64,000 bases of DNA, taken from IMG/VR virus record IMGVR_UViG_3300046514_000542. One strand, written 5' to 3'. Position numbers and translations under genes: made by a program. Shown here one piece after another: positions 27,569-37,715 of the stretch; within the stretch, counting starts at the first letter, position 1, and each line of letters opens with the position of its first letter. The stretch comes from a virus. The notes beneath the pieces are model-generated. The model ran no database searches and had not been told where the DNA came from. It saw nothing but the letters and a program-made list of their open reading frames with translations.

Positions 27569-28347
27569 TGCCTACAGCAAATACCCCGGTTCAATTATCT
27601 TATCAAGTTTGCCCTATAATTATGACTGGTGGTGCCGCCAGTCAGATTCCTGGTGGTGCGTTGCCATTACTCAGTTTATTTCATGTGACAGGATCAGCGT
27701 TACTTTTGCCATATGATATAGATGATTTAGATAATGCGTTTGGTGCATTCAATGTGTTGCCGGGTGGAACACTGGTTTCCCAGACTATAGGAAAGTATCC
27801 ATTTGCAAATCAATATGTTGCTGCAAACGCCACGATACGTGAACCTCTAACTGTATCGGTAATAATGGATACACCGATGCGAAAACCGAATGCATGGGAA
27901 ATTAAGAACACGGTAATGACAGCTTTGAAAGCAACATTGGATGCTCACAATGTTCAAGGTGGGACGTACACAGTTGTAACTCCATCTTATGTATACCAAA
28001 ACATGATCTTAACATCATTGACAGATAATTCACGCGGCAATAACTCCATACCGCAAAATGCGTGGCGATTTGATTTTGAAAGACCGTTAGTGGCACTTGC
28101 TGAATTAGCGGGTGTTCAGAATTTATTGATGCAGAAATTGACAAACAAAGTATTTAGTGATGGAACTGTAACTGGTACTCAAGTTGGTACACTTGTTGGG
28201 AATATAGCAACAGGAGCTAATCCACAAACTATGGGAGCTATATCTGGAGGAAATGCGTTCCCATCTCTAGGAGCACCAACATCTACATTTATGAATTTTC
28301 CAGCAGCTACTCCTATATCAGGATTTCCATTTACTGGGATGTCGTAA
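27568..28347 (+). CDS. baseplate/tail tip protein candidate
   Basis: 259 aa, with overlapping stop/start on both sides. Confidence 0.5.
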   Translation: MPTANTPVQLSYQVCPIIMTGGAASQIPGGALPLLSLFHVTGSALLLPYDIDDLDNAFGAFNVLPGGTLVSQTIGKYPFANQYVAANATIREPLTVSVIMDTPMRKPNAWEIKNTVMTALKATLDAHNVQGGTYTVVTPSYVYQNMILTSLTDNSRGNNSIPQNAWRFDFERPLVALAELAGVQNLLMQKLTNKVFSDGTVTGTQVGTLVGNIATGANPQTMGAISGGNAFPSLGAPTSTFMNFPAATPISGFPFTGMS

Positions 28348-28871
28348 TGACGACTGTAGTTCCATTTATTCCTTCTAATATAAACCCATATGAATTTGCT
28401 GCTACATTAGATGGAAATGACTATAAGATAATTGTTACATGGAATGTATCTGCACAGCGGTTCTATATTAATGTTAATGATTCTAATGGTGCTTGGATAA
28501 CAACAGTTCCACTCATTACAACACCACCGGCTAGGCGACTTGCTTCAGTGGTATTTAATCCATTTCAACTCGTGTTAGAAGTTACGATGGTAGATCCAAC
28601 TACTTGGCCAATTCCATTACCACCTGATGCACTGGCTACTGCTCCTGGCACAATCGTTGATTACACACTAGAAGGATTTACCCCGACTACCTACAATGGA
28701 CTCTATCGCGGTATGCACATCAATCCAATTAAGTTTACAGTTCCAATGTCTACTGATCCTGGTCCAGTTAATATTATGGGATTTCTCAGTCGTCGATTAA
28801 ATATGGTGGCTGGTGTGTTCAAAACATCTACACTGGTATATCGAAATGGTGCCTTTGAGGTTGATCCATAA
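28347..28871 (+). CDS. baseplate protein candidate
   Basis: 174 aa, with overlapping stop/start. Confidence 0.5.
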   Translation: MTTVVPFIPSNINPYEFAATLDGNDYKIIVTWNVSAQRFYINVNDSNGAWITTVPLITTPPARRLASVVFNPFQLVLEVTMVDPTTWPIPLPPDALATAPGTIVDYTLEGFTPTTYNGLYRGMHINPIKFTVPMSTDPGPVNIMGFLSRRLNMVAGVFKTSTLVYRNGAFEVDP

Positions 28872-29782
28872 TGGGTAAATATGATTCACATAAACATCAC
28901 TTTCAAGCGCGCCTTAACCAGTGGCAGCGAAACCAGAGTAATAATCATCGTGAACAACAAACGAAAGCGATGCCTGTTCATGTAGTTGAAGTGGCAAAGG
29001 ACTTTATCAAGGTAGCGTTTGAAACTGCAAATGGAATATTTACACCACCGATCGTTAAAATACCGAAGGGTCATTCTCAATATTCACGTGAGCCTACACA
29101 AGTTGGTGATAAAGGCCATGCGGCTCCTGGTGATTATTACCAAGGTGGTGCAACTGGTGATGCTGGTGGTAATACGAATTTTTATCCTCGTAGTAATTTA
29201 ACATCTTTGGTATTCCATGGTCTTAGTCAAGTAGCTAATCCTTCTCGTATTGTCGATCAGTTGACCCATATGGCTGGTCCTGCTGGGTGGATCGTTAATG
29301 CTTTTGTTAAGCAAGCTCAACAACAGAAACAGGGTCAACAAGGTCAACAAGGAACTAGTGGACAACAACAATCAGTTATTCCACGTAATATTCAACATGC
29401 ACAAGGTCAACGTGCCGCTGCTATGAACGTGCAACGTAGGATAATGGCTAAGGCTCGTGGTGTATCAGTTCAGAGTTTATTGACACCAACAGTGTTGGAT
29501 ACTGCCAATGCTGGGGGTAGTCAGTCTGGGCAAGATCAATCACAACAGCAACAACAAGATAACGATAAAACGAACTTTAGTTTTGATAAAGATGCATTGG
29601 CTACTGTGCAATCAAAAGATACAGATCATAACATTACTGTAGATTCAAAAGGAAAAAAGATAACACTTAATGTTCCTGTTGGTGAAAAGGTTTATGTTGG
29701 TGGAGACGGTAAGAAGGGACAGTATGCTAGGATTATGACTGAAAAAGGGCCAAGTAAAAACTCATTAGCACGGATCGGATAA
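28871..29782 (+). CDS. baseplate hub/spike (gpV/gp45-like) candidate
   Basis: The N-terminal segment VHVVEVAKDFIKVAFE...PTQVGDKG has the OB-like spike pattern. A Q-rich linker follows. Confidence 0.45.
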   Translation: MGKYDSHKHHFQARLNQWQRNQSNNHREQQTKAMPVHVVEVAKDFIKVAFETANGIFTPPIVKIPKGHSQYSREPTQVGDKGHAAPGDYYQGGATGDAGGNTNFYPRSNLTSLVFHGLSQVANPSRIVDQLTHMAGPAGWIVNAFVKQAQQQKQGQQGQQGTSGQQQSVIPRNIQHAQGQRAAAMNVQRRIMAKARGVSVQSLLTPTVLDTANAGGSQSGQDQSQQQQQDNDKTNFSFDKDALATVQSKDTDHNITVDSKGKKITLNVPVGEKVYVGGDGKKGQYARIMTEKGPSKNSLARIG

Positions 29783-30174
29783 TGCGTACATATGGCCGAA
29801 CGCAAGACGTGCTGACAGGAAAGAAAACTTGGTGGCAAGTTAATACTGATGTTAATGGCTTCAATGATTCTGTTTATCTTACCGCGCTTGCACAAGTACT
29901 CAAATTAAATTTAGGTGAATCTCCATTCTTCGCTAATTACGGCATACCTGCACATCAATCTGTTGTAACACAAGTATTCCCTAATTATTATATGGCTCGT
30001 ACTCAACAACAGTTTGCAGGTTTCTTCGCATCATTAATCTTAACCATATTGCCTGATGCTATAGATGACGACGGAAGACCTGCTCCTTCTTATAATATCT
30101 CTGTTCTTACTAATTATGGTTCTAGGATTGGTGTTCAGACCCGACCTGGCTATCCTCGTTTTCAACCTATTTAG
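29782..30174 (+). CDS. baseplate wedge protein (gp25/gpW-like)
   Basis: 130 aa. LKLNLGESPFFANYGIP resembles the GE-P-x-x-G signature of gp25/W-type proteins. Confidence 0.5.
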   Translation: MRTYGRTQDVLTGKKTWWQVNTDVNGFNDSVYLTALAQVLKLNLGESPFFANYGIPAHQSVVTQVFPNYYMARTQQQFAGFFASLILTILPDAIDDDGRPAPSYNISVLTNYGSRIGVQTRPGYPRFQPI

Positions 30175-30180
30175 GGTATC

Positions 30181-31599
30181 ATGGCTGTACTCCCATTAGT
30201 TATGACTTCTCAAGGCTTGCAACCGGTATCACCGGCAGACTTGCGGTCGCAGTTAATTTCGCTTGTTGCTGGCACAAACCCAGACTATACAGCGAATCTA
30301 CCGGGTTCTCTTATCGAAGATATCTCTAGTACCGATGTTTATGCTCTTGTAGAAAGTGATAGTTTCCTCGTCGATCTAGTGAACTCTGTAACACCGTTTG
30401 GTGCGAATGCATTTCTGCTTAATCAGCTTGGTATTTTGTATGGAGTTGATACACAACCGATCACTAATACTTCTGTCTATGTTCAGTTTACTGGGCCACC
30501 CGGATATGTCATAGCACAGGGATTTACGGTTTCTGATGGTACATATCAATACGTATGTCAGCATGGTGGTATCATTGGTGAAGATGGTAATTCGCTCCCA
30601 ATGTATGCACTTGCAACAGATTCAGGTGCGTGGCCAGTTCAGGCAAATATAGTTGTTCAATTAGCAACATCAGTTCCTTCTAATATCATTCTTACGGTAA
30701 CAAATCCAGTTTCTGGTATTCCATCTACATCTGGTGAGCCTATCAGCGTATTTCGTGAACGATGCTTCACGGCTGGGCTTGCGGCTAGTACAGGGATGGC
30801 GCGGTATCTAAAGACGCTAGTTGGGAATGTACCGGGTGTCCAACAGCGTCTAATTTCAGTACAACAAGAAGGTGATCAGTTTGTTATAATCGTGGGTGGG
30901 GGTGATTCATATCAAGTTGCATCTGCTATCTGGCAAGCTGATTTTTATACACCGGGATTATCTGGCGCTACGATAAAAATCGCGGGGGTGTCCAACACCA
31001 ACCCGGTTGTTATCACTACTGCTAATAATCATAATCTACAAACTGGTGATTTAGAGATTATTGCTGATGTAGTCGGTATGCCGTTTCTTAACAATCAAGT
31101 TCTTCCTATTACGGTGCTTGATGCACAAAGATTTAGTGTTCCATTAGATGCAACCATATGGGGACGATATCAATATGGTGGGACAGTAGCTCCAAATCCT
31201 ATCAACTTATATGTCACCATAACAGATTACCCAGATTCATTTTTAATACCATATGTTAATCCACCGCAAGAGTTAGTAGATATCACGGTAACTTGGATAA
31301 CAATCTCACCTAATTTTGTTTCACCTGTAGCTATGGCACAAGCGGCTGTTCCAGCTATTGTGGATTATATTAATTCACTGCCAGCAGGCACATCGCCTAT
31401 TAATTTCAATGTGTTGAATCAAGTATTTCTTCAAGCTGTGGCGGGTGTGCTACAACCAGAGTATATCGTTAATTTGTTATTTCAAGTATCTATTGGTGGT
31501 GTGGGTACGTCTCCTGCTCCTGGAACAAATGTAATTTTTGGTGATCCATTCAGTTATTTCTATACTGAAAATGGCCGTGTGACGGTGATAGAAGGATGA
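30181..31599 (+). CDS. baseplate J-like protein (by order and size)
   Basis: 472 aa, after the W-like gene. Confidence 0.5.
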   Translation: MAVLPLVMTSQGLQPVSPADLRSQLISLVAGTNPDYTANLPGSLIEDISSTDVYALVESDSFLVDLVNSVTPFGANAFLLNQLGILYGVDTQPITNTSVYVQFTGPPGYVIAQGFTVSDGTYQYVCQHGGIIGEDGNSLPMYALATDSGAWPVQANIVVQLATSVPSNIILTVTNPVSGIPSTSGEPISVFRERCFTAGLAASTGMARYLKTLVGNVPGVQQRLISVQQEGDQFVIIVGGGDSYQVASAIWQADFYTPGLSGATIKIAGVSNTNPVVITTANNHNLQTGDLEIIADVVGMPFLNNQVLPITVLDAQRFSVPLDATIWGRYQYGGTVAPNPINLYVTITDYPDSFLIPYVNPPQELVDITVTWITISPNFVSPVAMAQAAVPAIVDYINSLPAGTSPINFNVLNQVFLQAVAGVLQPEYIVNLLFQVSIGGVGTSPAPGTNVIFGDPFSYFYTENGRVTVIEG

Positions 31600-32861
31600 C
31601 ATATAAATTCTTATCACCAGGGTTAACTTCGACTGTGTTGACCGGTGGTATATCCATCCAAGTAGCCAATACCAATATGGGAGTGAATGGTGGGTTGATA
31701 ATCAACCCACTGGATGCAGTAGACCAAAATATTCATATAGCAGAATCGTTGTTTATTAGTCTTATTTCAGATGCTCATTTACAGAATAATTATGATAACG
31801 TAGAACTAATGCCGGGAGAATCGTTTATTGTCCCTGCACAATCAAATGTTTGGGTCAATGCTGTTACTTCTGGTCACAAGTTTACTGCCATATTTTCTTC
31901 ACCATATGAGATTACATACCCTCCGTCATTAGTCCCCGGTCAACCGGGTAGTGGACAAAGTGCTCTTGGTGGCACAGGTGAGTTTCCTCCGGCAGGTGTG
32001 ACGGGATTAACTACAGTTATTTCATCATACCTATACCAAGAGTATTCTGATGATGATGATCTTCAGGGCTTTGTGCAAGCTCAGAATACAATGCAACAGG
32101 ATTATGTTGATACATTCAATGCATTAAATTTACCGATATACACTGGTCCTATTGTTCAAAAGGCATTGCTTGATTGGGTGGGACAAGGTGTATATGGAAT
32201 GGCGCGGCCATCTATTGGCACGGGTCTTCCACTCCAAATAGGACCACTCAATACATGGGCGCTAAATTGGCGACCGTATGATACACCACCGGTTGTGGAA
32301 GTATCTGCGGTTAATATGTTGGAGCAGGTATCGGTTGGTGATGTAGTTTTAACAAATGATGATCTTTATCGCCGTATTCTGACATGGCACTTTTATCATG
32401 GTGACGGTAATTATTTTAGTACAAGATGGTTAAAGCGTCGTATATGGCGGTTTCTGTTTTGTCCTGATGGCAGAATACGCAATTGGTGGCCTGAAGATGC
32501 GTATGGCGATTGGGGCGCTAATGATTTAGGGCAAATTAATGAAGACCAAGATGATTGGAGTATTGCTAATACCGAACAGATTAGTATCTCTATAGGTGTC
32601 AACCGCAATATCACTATTCGCTTTGTTTTAGGGAAGCGAACAGTGACAGGCGGTGAAATGATTAATACATTTGGGTGTAATGGATTTGGGCCATTTCTTG
32701 GTACAAATGCACCAAATCATAATGTTATTGCATTGAATGAATTAAGATCAACATATGTATCGTACAAACCATTACCGATGATGGCTGAGTTTAAAGAAGC
32801 TGTGGATATAGGTGCGTTAGAACTACCCTATCAGTTTAACTACACCGTTCATATCGGTTAG
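31596..32861 (+). CDS. baseplate/tail fibre attachment protein (gpI position)
   Basis: ATGA overlap with the J-like gene. 421 aa. Confidence 0.45.
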   Translation: MTYKFLSPGLTSTVLTGGISIQVANTNMGVNGGLIINPLDAVDQNIHIAESLFISLISDAHLQNNYDNVELMPGESFIVPAQSNVWVNAVTSGHKFTAIFSSPYEITYPPSLVPGQPGSGQSALGGTGEFPPAGVTGLTTVISSYLYQEYSDDDDLQGFVQAQNTMQQDYVDTFNALNLPIYTGPIVQKALLDWVGQGVYGMARPSIGTGLPLQIGPLNTWALNWRPYDTPPVVEVSAVNMLEQVSVGDVVLTNDDLYRRILTWHFYHGDGNYFSTRWLKRRIWRFLFCPDGRIRNWWPEDAYGDWGANDLGQINEDQDDWSIANTEQISISIGVNRNITIRFVLGKRTVTGGEMINTFGCNGFGPFLGTNAPNHNVIALNELRSTYVSYKPLPMMAEFKEAVDIGALELPYQFNYTVHIG

Positions 32862-32869
32862 GACATAAC

Positions 32870-34309
32870 ATGGCGATACTTTGGAGTAATAATGCTTCTT
32901 CTACAATCGCAGGGAGCATAGCTCCATCTACAACTTCTGTTGCACTTGCGGCCGGTACGGGGGTTAAATTTCCATCACCAACTGGTGGTGACTATTTTTG
33001 TGCCACATTCTATGATCAGGCAACCAAGACTATAAATGAAATTGTACATGTCACTGCGCGTGTGGGTGACACTTGTACGATTGTTCGTGCCCAAGAGGGT
33101 ACAACGGCACAGTCTTGGAGTGCTTCGGATATTTTTGCTAATCTGGTAACCGCTGGCACTCTGGCTGCTTTTGTTCAAGCTGGTGTTGGTCCTGCTAATA
33201 CATCACTTGTTTATGTCGGTACAGATGTTTCTACAACACCGGGGCTTATTGTATGTCCTACTATCCCAGTTCCTGCATCTTATGCAGTGGGGATGTTATT
33301 CAATATTAAAGTTAAGAATACAAACCCTGGTCCAGTTCAACTTCAACTAAATGGTATTGCTGCTGTTCCTGCTGTGCGGACAGATGGCAGTCCAATGGTT
33401 GGTGGCAATCTTATTTCTAGCCAAGAAATGACTTTTATCTATAATGGTGTTAACTTCAATGCGTTAATTCCTCCAATTCCACAAACACCTCCACAGACCA
33501 CATTCTATGTTAGAACAGATGGTAATGACAATAACTCTGGGTTTGCTAATACCACAACAGATGCTTTCCGCACTATTTCTGGTGCGATGGCTGTGATAAA
33601 ACAACGATATATTTCACAAAATACGATTACATTACGTGTGGCTGATGGTTTATATGTAGATGGGTTTGCTGAAAGTGAGGCTTATATTGCTGCGTGGAAT
33701 ATTGTAGGAAATTCAGCAAATCCGGGTAATGTGGTAATAGATGCTTCTCCAACGAGTTCAGGATCGTATATTTCACCTTATTCTTCTGTCGGTCGTAGTT
33801 GTTATACGGCAGGGCAGGGAAATATAACAGTAAATGGATTTACTTTTAAATCATACTATGAACAAGCAGTATCTGATGGAGGAATATTAAATGTCTTTAA
33901 TTGTAATTTCACTGCTCCTACATCAGGTGCTTGTCCACCAATTGCTTCTTATCATGGTTGGATTGGGATTTACGGTAATTGTCAGTATAGTGGTGCAACA
34001 AATTCACCAGCTATTTTTCAATGTTCATTATCAGGATTTATGGAATTAGGATATCATGATAATTTAGAGACTGTTAATCTTGTATTTAATATTGCGGGTA
34101 CTCCAATAATCACAGGTGCGACAGCAATTGCTAGCGGGGCAGGTGCTATTGGGGTTTGGGAACCGGCAGTTGTATTTACAGGTGGTGTTCCTAATTGTCT
34201 ACAATACTCATGTTCAGCGGGGGGTGGTATTAGCTTTTTAACGGGTGTCACTACAATCTTCCCCGGTACACAACCCGGTATTGTTCAGTCTCCAGGATGG
34301 ACAGCTTAA
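32870..34309 (+). CDS. tail fibre/tailspike with beta-helix (pectin-lyase-fold-like) region
   Basis: Fibre-type N-terminus (...VHVTARVGDTCTIVRAQEGTTAQSW). Then FYVRTDGNDNNSGF...AFRTISGAM, typical of DUF1565/beta-helix starts (memory-based). Confidence 0.6.
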   Translation: MAILWSNNASSTIAGSIAPSTTSVALAAGTGVKFPSPTGGDYFCATFYDQATKTINEIVHVTARVGDTCTIVRAQEGTTAQSWSASDIFANLVTAGTLAAFVQAGVGPANTSLVYVGTDVSTTPGLIVCPTIPVPASYAVGMLFNIKVKNTNPGPVQLQLNGIAAVPAVRTDGSPMVGGNLISSQEMTFIYNGVNFNALIPPIPQTPPQTTFYVRTDGNDNNSGFANTTTDAFRTISGAMAVIKQRYISQNTITLRVADGLYVDGFAESEAYIAAWNIVGNSANPGNVVIDASPTSSGSYISPYSSVGRSCYTAGQGNITVNGFTFKSYYEQAVSDGGILNVFNCNFTAPTSGACPPIASYHGWIGIYGNCQYSGATNSPAIFQCSLSGFMELGYHDNLETVNLVFNIAGTPIITGATAIASGAGAIGVWEPAVVFTGGVPNCLQYSCSAGGGISFLTGVTTIFPGTQPGIVQSPGWTA

Positions 34310-34321
34310 GGATAAAATCAC

Positions 34322-34633
34322 ATGGCAACTCCTATTTCTGGTCCTGCAGTTATTACATCTGTGACTCCTGGTACAGCGGTCATAGCAATCGCTACGAATC
34401 AGGCTGGTGGGTATATTGTTAACCCAACCATAGCTGCTGATCAAGGTCTTGCTACGGCAGAAGTGCTGTATGTAAATCAAGTCACCAATGCCACGCTTCA
34501 GGCTAATGGAACGACCATAGCATTACAACCCGGTCAATCATATACAGTTATACCGTATACGACTACTCCAGTAACAGTGAGTGCGCCGAGTGCTTCGCAT
34601 AAATTCACCGCTGTTCAATGGGCAACATCATGA
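34322..34633 (+). CDS. hypothetical tail fibre-associated protein
   Basis: 103 aa, within the fibre cluster. Confidence 0.45.
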   Translation: MATPISGPAVITSVTPGTAVIAIATNQAGGYIVNPTIAADQGLATAEVLYVNQVTNATLQANGTTIALQPGQSYTVIPYTTTPVTVSAPSASHKFTAVQWATS

Positions 34634-34962
34634 CTGTCGTGGCTAAATTATCGTCGCCAACTCAGCAAACCACCGGTCCTCTTGGGTATGGGCCGGGTGG
34701 GCCACTCCCATCTCCATCACCATGGACATTTTATGGATCTTGGCTTTCTTTTAACGGTGGTATCGTTGTTGGAGCCCCGGCCGGTGGTAATCAAGGTCCT
34801 GGTACAATCAACGCTATTGCATTCTACATTAATGGAGCCCCATTTGATTTAGGAAACTATCTCCCATTAACCGGTGGAACTGTTGGTGGTCCTTTAACTG
34901 TTAATGGAACGTTTACGGTAAACGGTACAGTTAACTTGACTCTTGATCCAGGAACATATTAA
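34630..34962 (+). CDS. hypothetical tail fibre-associated protein
   Basis: ATGA overlap at 34630. Gly-rich. Confidence 0.45.
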   Translation: MTVVAKLSSPTQQTTGPLGYGPGGPLPSPSPWTFYGSWLSFNGGIVVGAPAGGNQGPGTINAIAFYINGAPFDLGNYLPLTGGTVGGPLTVNGTFTVNGTVNLTLDPGTY

Positions 34963-36299
34963 TGACAAGTATCCTTAAAGTTCTTCGATCTGCTATATTC
35001 GGTAATCGCCCGGCTGTTGGTGCTCAGCAAGAAGGTGTGCCATATGTCAATTTTGCTGATAAGCAGTTTGGTGTTGTAGATTCTTCGCAGACTCCTCGAG
35101 ATTTGGTTGGTGTTCCATTTTTTTCAACAACAGCGAATTATAACGCTGGTCAACCGATTAATTATTTAGGGAATCTATATGTTGCTCTTGTAAATGTGAC
35201 AGCAGGTGCATGGAATGCGACACAGTGGTCATTGGTTACGTCGAAGCAAATTTTAGATTCTAAAACAGTATATCCTATTCTATCGATTAATGGCTCAATG
35301 TCGATAAGTCAGGAACTTGGTACGACTGGAATAACTGGTTTCCGTACTTACGCTTACATATTAGATGGATTTGGTGCTGGAACAGGAGGAACTCCAGCAA
35401 TTACTGCTGCTCAGCAAACGCCATGTGGCGTTCCTGGTTTTGTTTATCAAATGAATGTTCTAATATCTACTGCGGCTGCATCGCTGTCTGCTGGTGATGC
35501 TGTATATGCTTGTCAGACTATTGAGGGGACACGCGTTGCACGGCTTGGATGGGGCACTGCGAATGCGCAGCCTATGTCGATAGGATTTTGGGCATATTGC
35601 ACCATCACCGGAAATATTGCTGTCGCCGTTAGAAATGCTGCCGCTAATCGAAGCTATGTAGTCGATGTGGCGATTACTGCCGCGAATACTTGGCAGTGGT
35701 GCACGGTAACTATTCCAGGGGATACTACGGGAACATGGCCAATTGGAACTGTATTAGGATTAGTTGTAAATTGGTGCGTGGCTGCTGGAACAACTTATCG
35801 CACCACAGCGAATACATGGCAGGCTGGTAATTTGCTAGGTACGGCAGCAACTATGAATCTTGCTGCATCAACATCAAACTCTTTCAATATTACAGGTGTG
35901 ATTATTGTTCCTGGCACGGTGCTACCGCCCGCAAGCATGGTTCCATTTGTTTTGCCGACCTATGCTGATGAACTAGTGGCGTGTCAGCGATATCTTAGAT
36001 ATATTGGATATGGTATTCAAGGCCAAGCGGAATCAGCGACGCAACTGATGTTTTCGTACATTATTTACATGCCTATGCGAGTAATACCAACGGTAACGGT
36101 GCCTCTACCTTCTGTAAATGTTCGTCGATTTTATACCGGGGGGGATACTAATCTTACTATTTCACCTACTATTGACGTAACTGTCGGTTTGTTCGGTGGT
36201 CGTTGGGCATGGGTGATGGGTGGAGGTGCAGCGGTCAATGCTGGTGAGAGATTTCAGCTACAAACAGATAATGTCCTCAAGCTAGATGCAAGGCTCTAA
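34962..36299 (+). CDS. tail fibre protein
   Basis: 445 aa. The N-terminus (GNRPAVGAQQEGVPYVNFADKQFGVVD) is of the common fibre-shaft start type. Confidence 0.55.
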   Translation: MTSILKVLRSAIFGNRPAVGAQQEGVPYVNFADKQFGVVDSSQTPRDLVGVPFFSTTANYNAGQPINYLGNLYVALVNVTAGAWNATQWSLVTSKQILDSKTVYPILSINGSMSISQELGTTGITGFRTYAYILDGFGAGTGGTPAITAAQQTPCGVPGFVYQMNVLISTAAASLSAGDAVYACQTIEGTRVARLGWGTANAQPMSIGFWAYCTITGNIAVAVRNAAANRSYVVDVAITAANTWQWCTVTIPGDTTGTWPIGTVLGLVVNWCVAAGTTYRTTANTWQAGNLLGTAATMNLAASTSNSFNITGVIIVPGTVLPPASMVPFVLPTYADELVACQRYLRYIGYGIQGQAESATQLMFSYIIYMPMRVIPTVTVPLPSVNVRRFYTGGDTNLTISPTIDVTVGLFGGRWAWVMGGGAAVNAGERFQLQTDNVLKLDARL

Positions 36300-36300
36300 C

Positions 36301-36567
36301 ATGTCAGATTATCAACTTACTGCAACTGACACTGTGATTCGCATCGCAGATAGCGCATGGATTCCAAATGACCCAGCTAATCGTGATCGTATTGAATATG
36401 AACAGTGGCTTGTGGATGGTGGGGTACCAGATCCTTATATACCACCCGACCCTATACAACCAACGGCGGATCCACAATCAACAGTGCTTTTTGATCATGA
36501 AAATCGTTTGCTTGCGCTAGAAGGTCAACCACCATTGACGTTAGTGGATTTTTTAAAAAAGATGTAG
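36301..36567 (+). CDS. hypothetical (fibre assembly candidate)
   Basis: ATG 36301, just after the upstream stop. 88 aa. Confidence 0.45.
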   Translation: MSDYQLTATDTVIRIADSAWIPNDPANRDRIEYEQWLVDGGVPDPYIPPDPIQPTADPQSTVLFDHENRLLALEGQPPLTLVDFLKKM

Positions 36568-36570
36568 CCA

Positions 36571-37482
36571 ATGACGCTAACTCTTACAAATTGCGCCATT
36601 GGTGATGCACGTCCAGTAACTGTTCCTATAGATATCTATGGGAATACTTCTCAAGTAGTTGCGATAGCTCCATCAACAGATACTGTCGATACAAACCGTG
36701 TTCTATTTACCGGTAGCTCTTCATATAATGTTACTGTTACATCTTTAGGTGTTGGGCCGAGTTGGGATATTACAAAAGAAGTAATTTGGAATCCTGTAAG
36801 TGCTCATACTATCGTATTACAGAATAATGCTGGTTTGATTTTGCTTGGTCATGCAACCAGAACTATTTCAAATAAATCTATTGGCACGTATCATTGGGAT
36901 TATATTTCTCAAATTTGGACAGAAGAAAACTTTGTAGACACCACGGTTGTTGGAGGTGGCGGCGGACCAGCAGGGCCTCCAGGTCCAGCAGGTCCCACCG
37001 GTCCAACTGGAGCAACTGGTCCCCCAGGTCCTACTGGCCCAGCTTCTACAGTCCCAGGTCCAACTGGCCCTACAGGTCCAACTGGCCCTACAGGTCCAAC
37101 TGGTACTACAGGATCTACTGGTGCAACTGGTCCTGCCGGTGTAGACGGAAACACAGTTCTCTATGGCACTGTTAATCCAACTTCTGGATTAGGGGTCAAT
37201 GGCAATTTTTATATCAATACAACTACGAATTTTATCTTTGGACCAAAGGCTGGAGGAGCATGGCCTGCTGGTACATCACTCGTAGGTCCTACTGGTGCAA
37301 CAGGTCCAACGGGTCCTACTGGTGCAACAGGTCCTACAGGACCAGCAGGTGCAGGTTCACCATCCACCGTATTACCATTGATGAATGGTACTGCTGCGAT
37401 TGGTACTTCGACTAATTTTTCTCGCGAAGACCATGTGCATCCCAGTGACACTAACCTAACAATAGATTGCGGTACGTTCTGA
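36571..37482 (+). CDS. collagen-like tail fibre protein
   Basis: Two G-X-Y tracts, at about nt 36952-37143 and 37282-37353 ([26 protein letters not shown]...). Confidence 0.75.
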   Translation: MTLTLTNCAIGDARPVTVPIDIYGNTSQVVAIAPSTDTVDTNRVLFTGSSSYNVTVTSLGVGPSWDITKEVIWNPVSAHTIVLQNNAGLILLGHATRTISNKSIGTYHWDYISQIWTEENFVDTTVVGGGGGPAGPPGPAGPTGPTGATGPPGPTGPASTVPGPTGPTGPTGPTGPTGTTGSTGATGPAGVDGNTVLYGTVNPTSGLGVNGNFYINTTTNFIFGPKAGGAWPAGTSLVGPTGATGPTGPTGATGPTGPAGAGSPSTVLPLMNGTAAIGTSTNFSREDHVHPSDTNLTIDCGTF

Positions 37483-37715
37483 TGAACTTTACAGAGCAGA
37501 GTGCTGAGGTAGCAAATACCGCGCTCAATGCTATGAAGAGTACGCCGTTGGCCATCGCCTTGTTGATGGTGAATGTAGGCTTTCTTGCCTTTGCTACTTA
37601 TGTTCTTGGTGAAGTATCAACTAACGCGAGTGAACGCAATAAGGCACAATTTGAATTGATAACAAAGCTAGTAACTGATATACGTGACTGCCGACAAGGA
37701 ACACCAACGCTATGA
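37482..37715 (+). CDS. holin-like small membrane protein
   Basis: ATG 37482 overlaps the upstream stop. One TM segment (TPLAIALLMVNVGFLAFATYVLG). Directly upstream of the endolysin. Confidence 0.45.
   Translation: MNFTEQSAEVANTALNAMKSTPLAIALLMVNVGFLAFATYVLGEVSTNASERNKAQFELITKLVTDIRDCRQGTPTL

Noticed and set aside
36894-37451. ORFs 36894..37175 (+), 36947..37144 (+), 36909..37154 (-), 37209..37451 (-)
   Set aside because: They are shadows of the collagen-like G-X-Y repeats, which keep all frames open.
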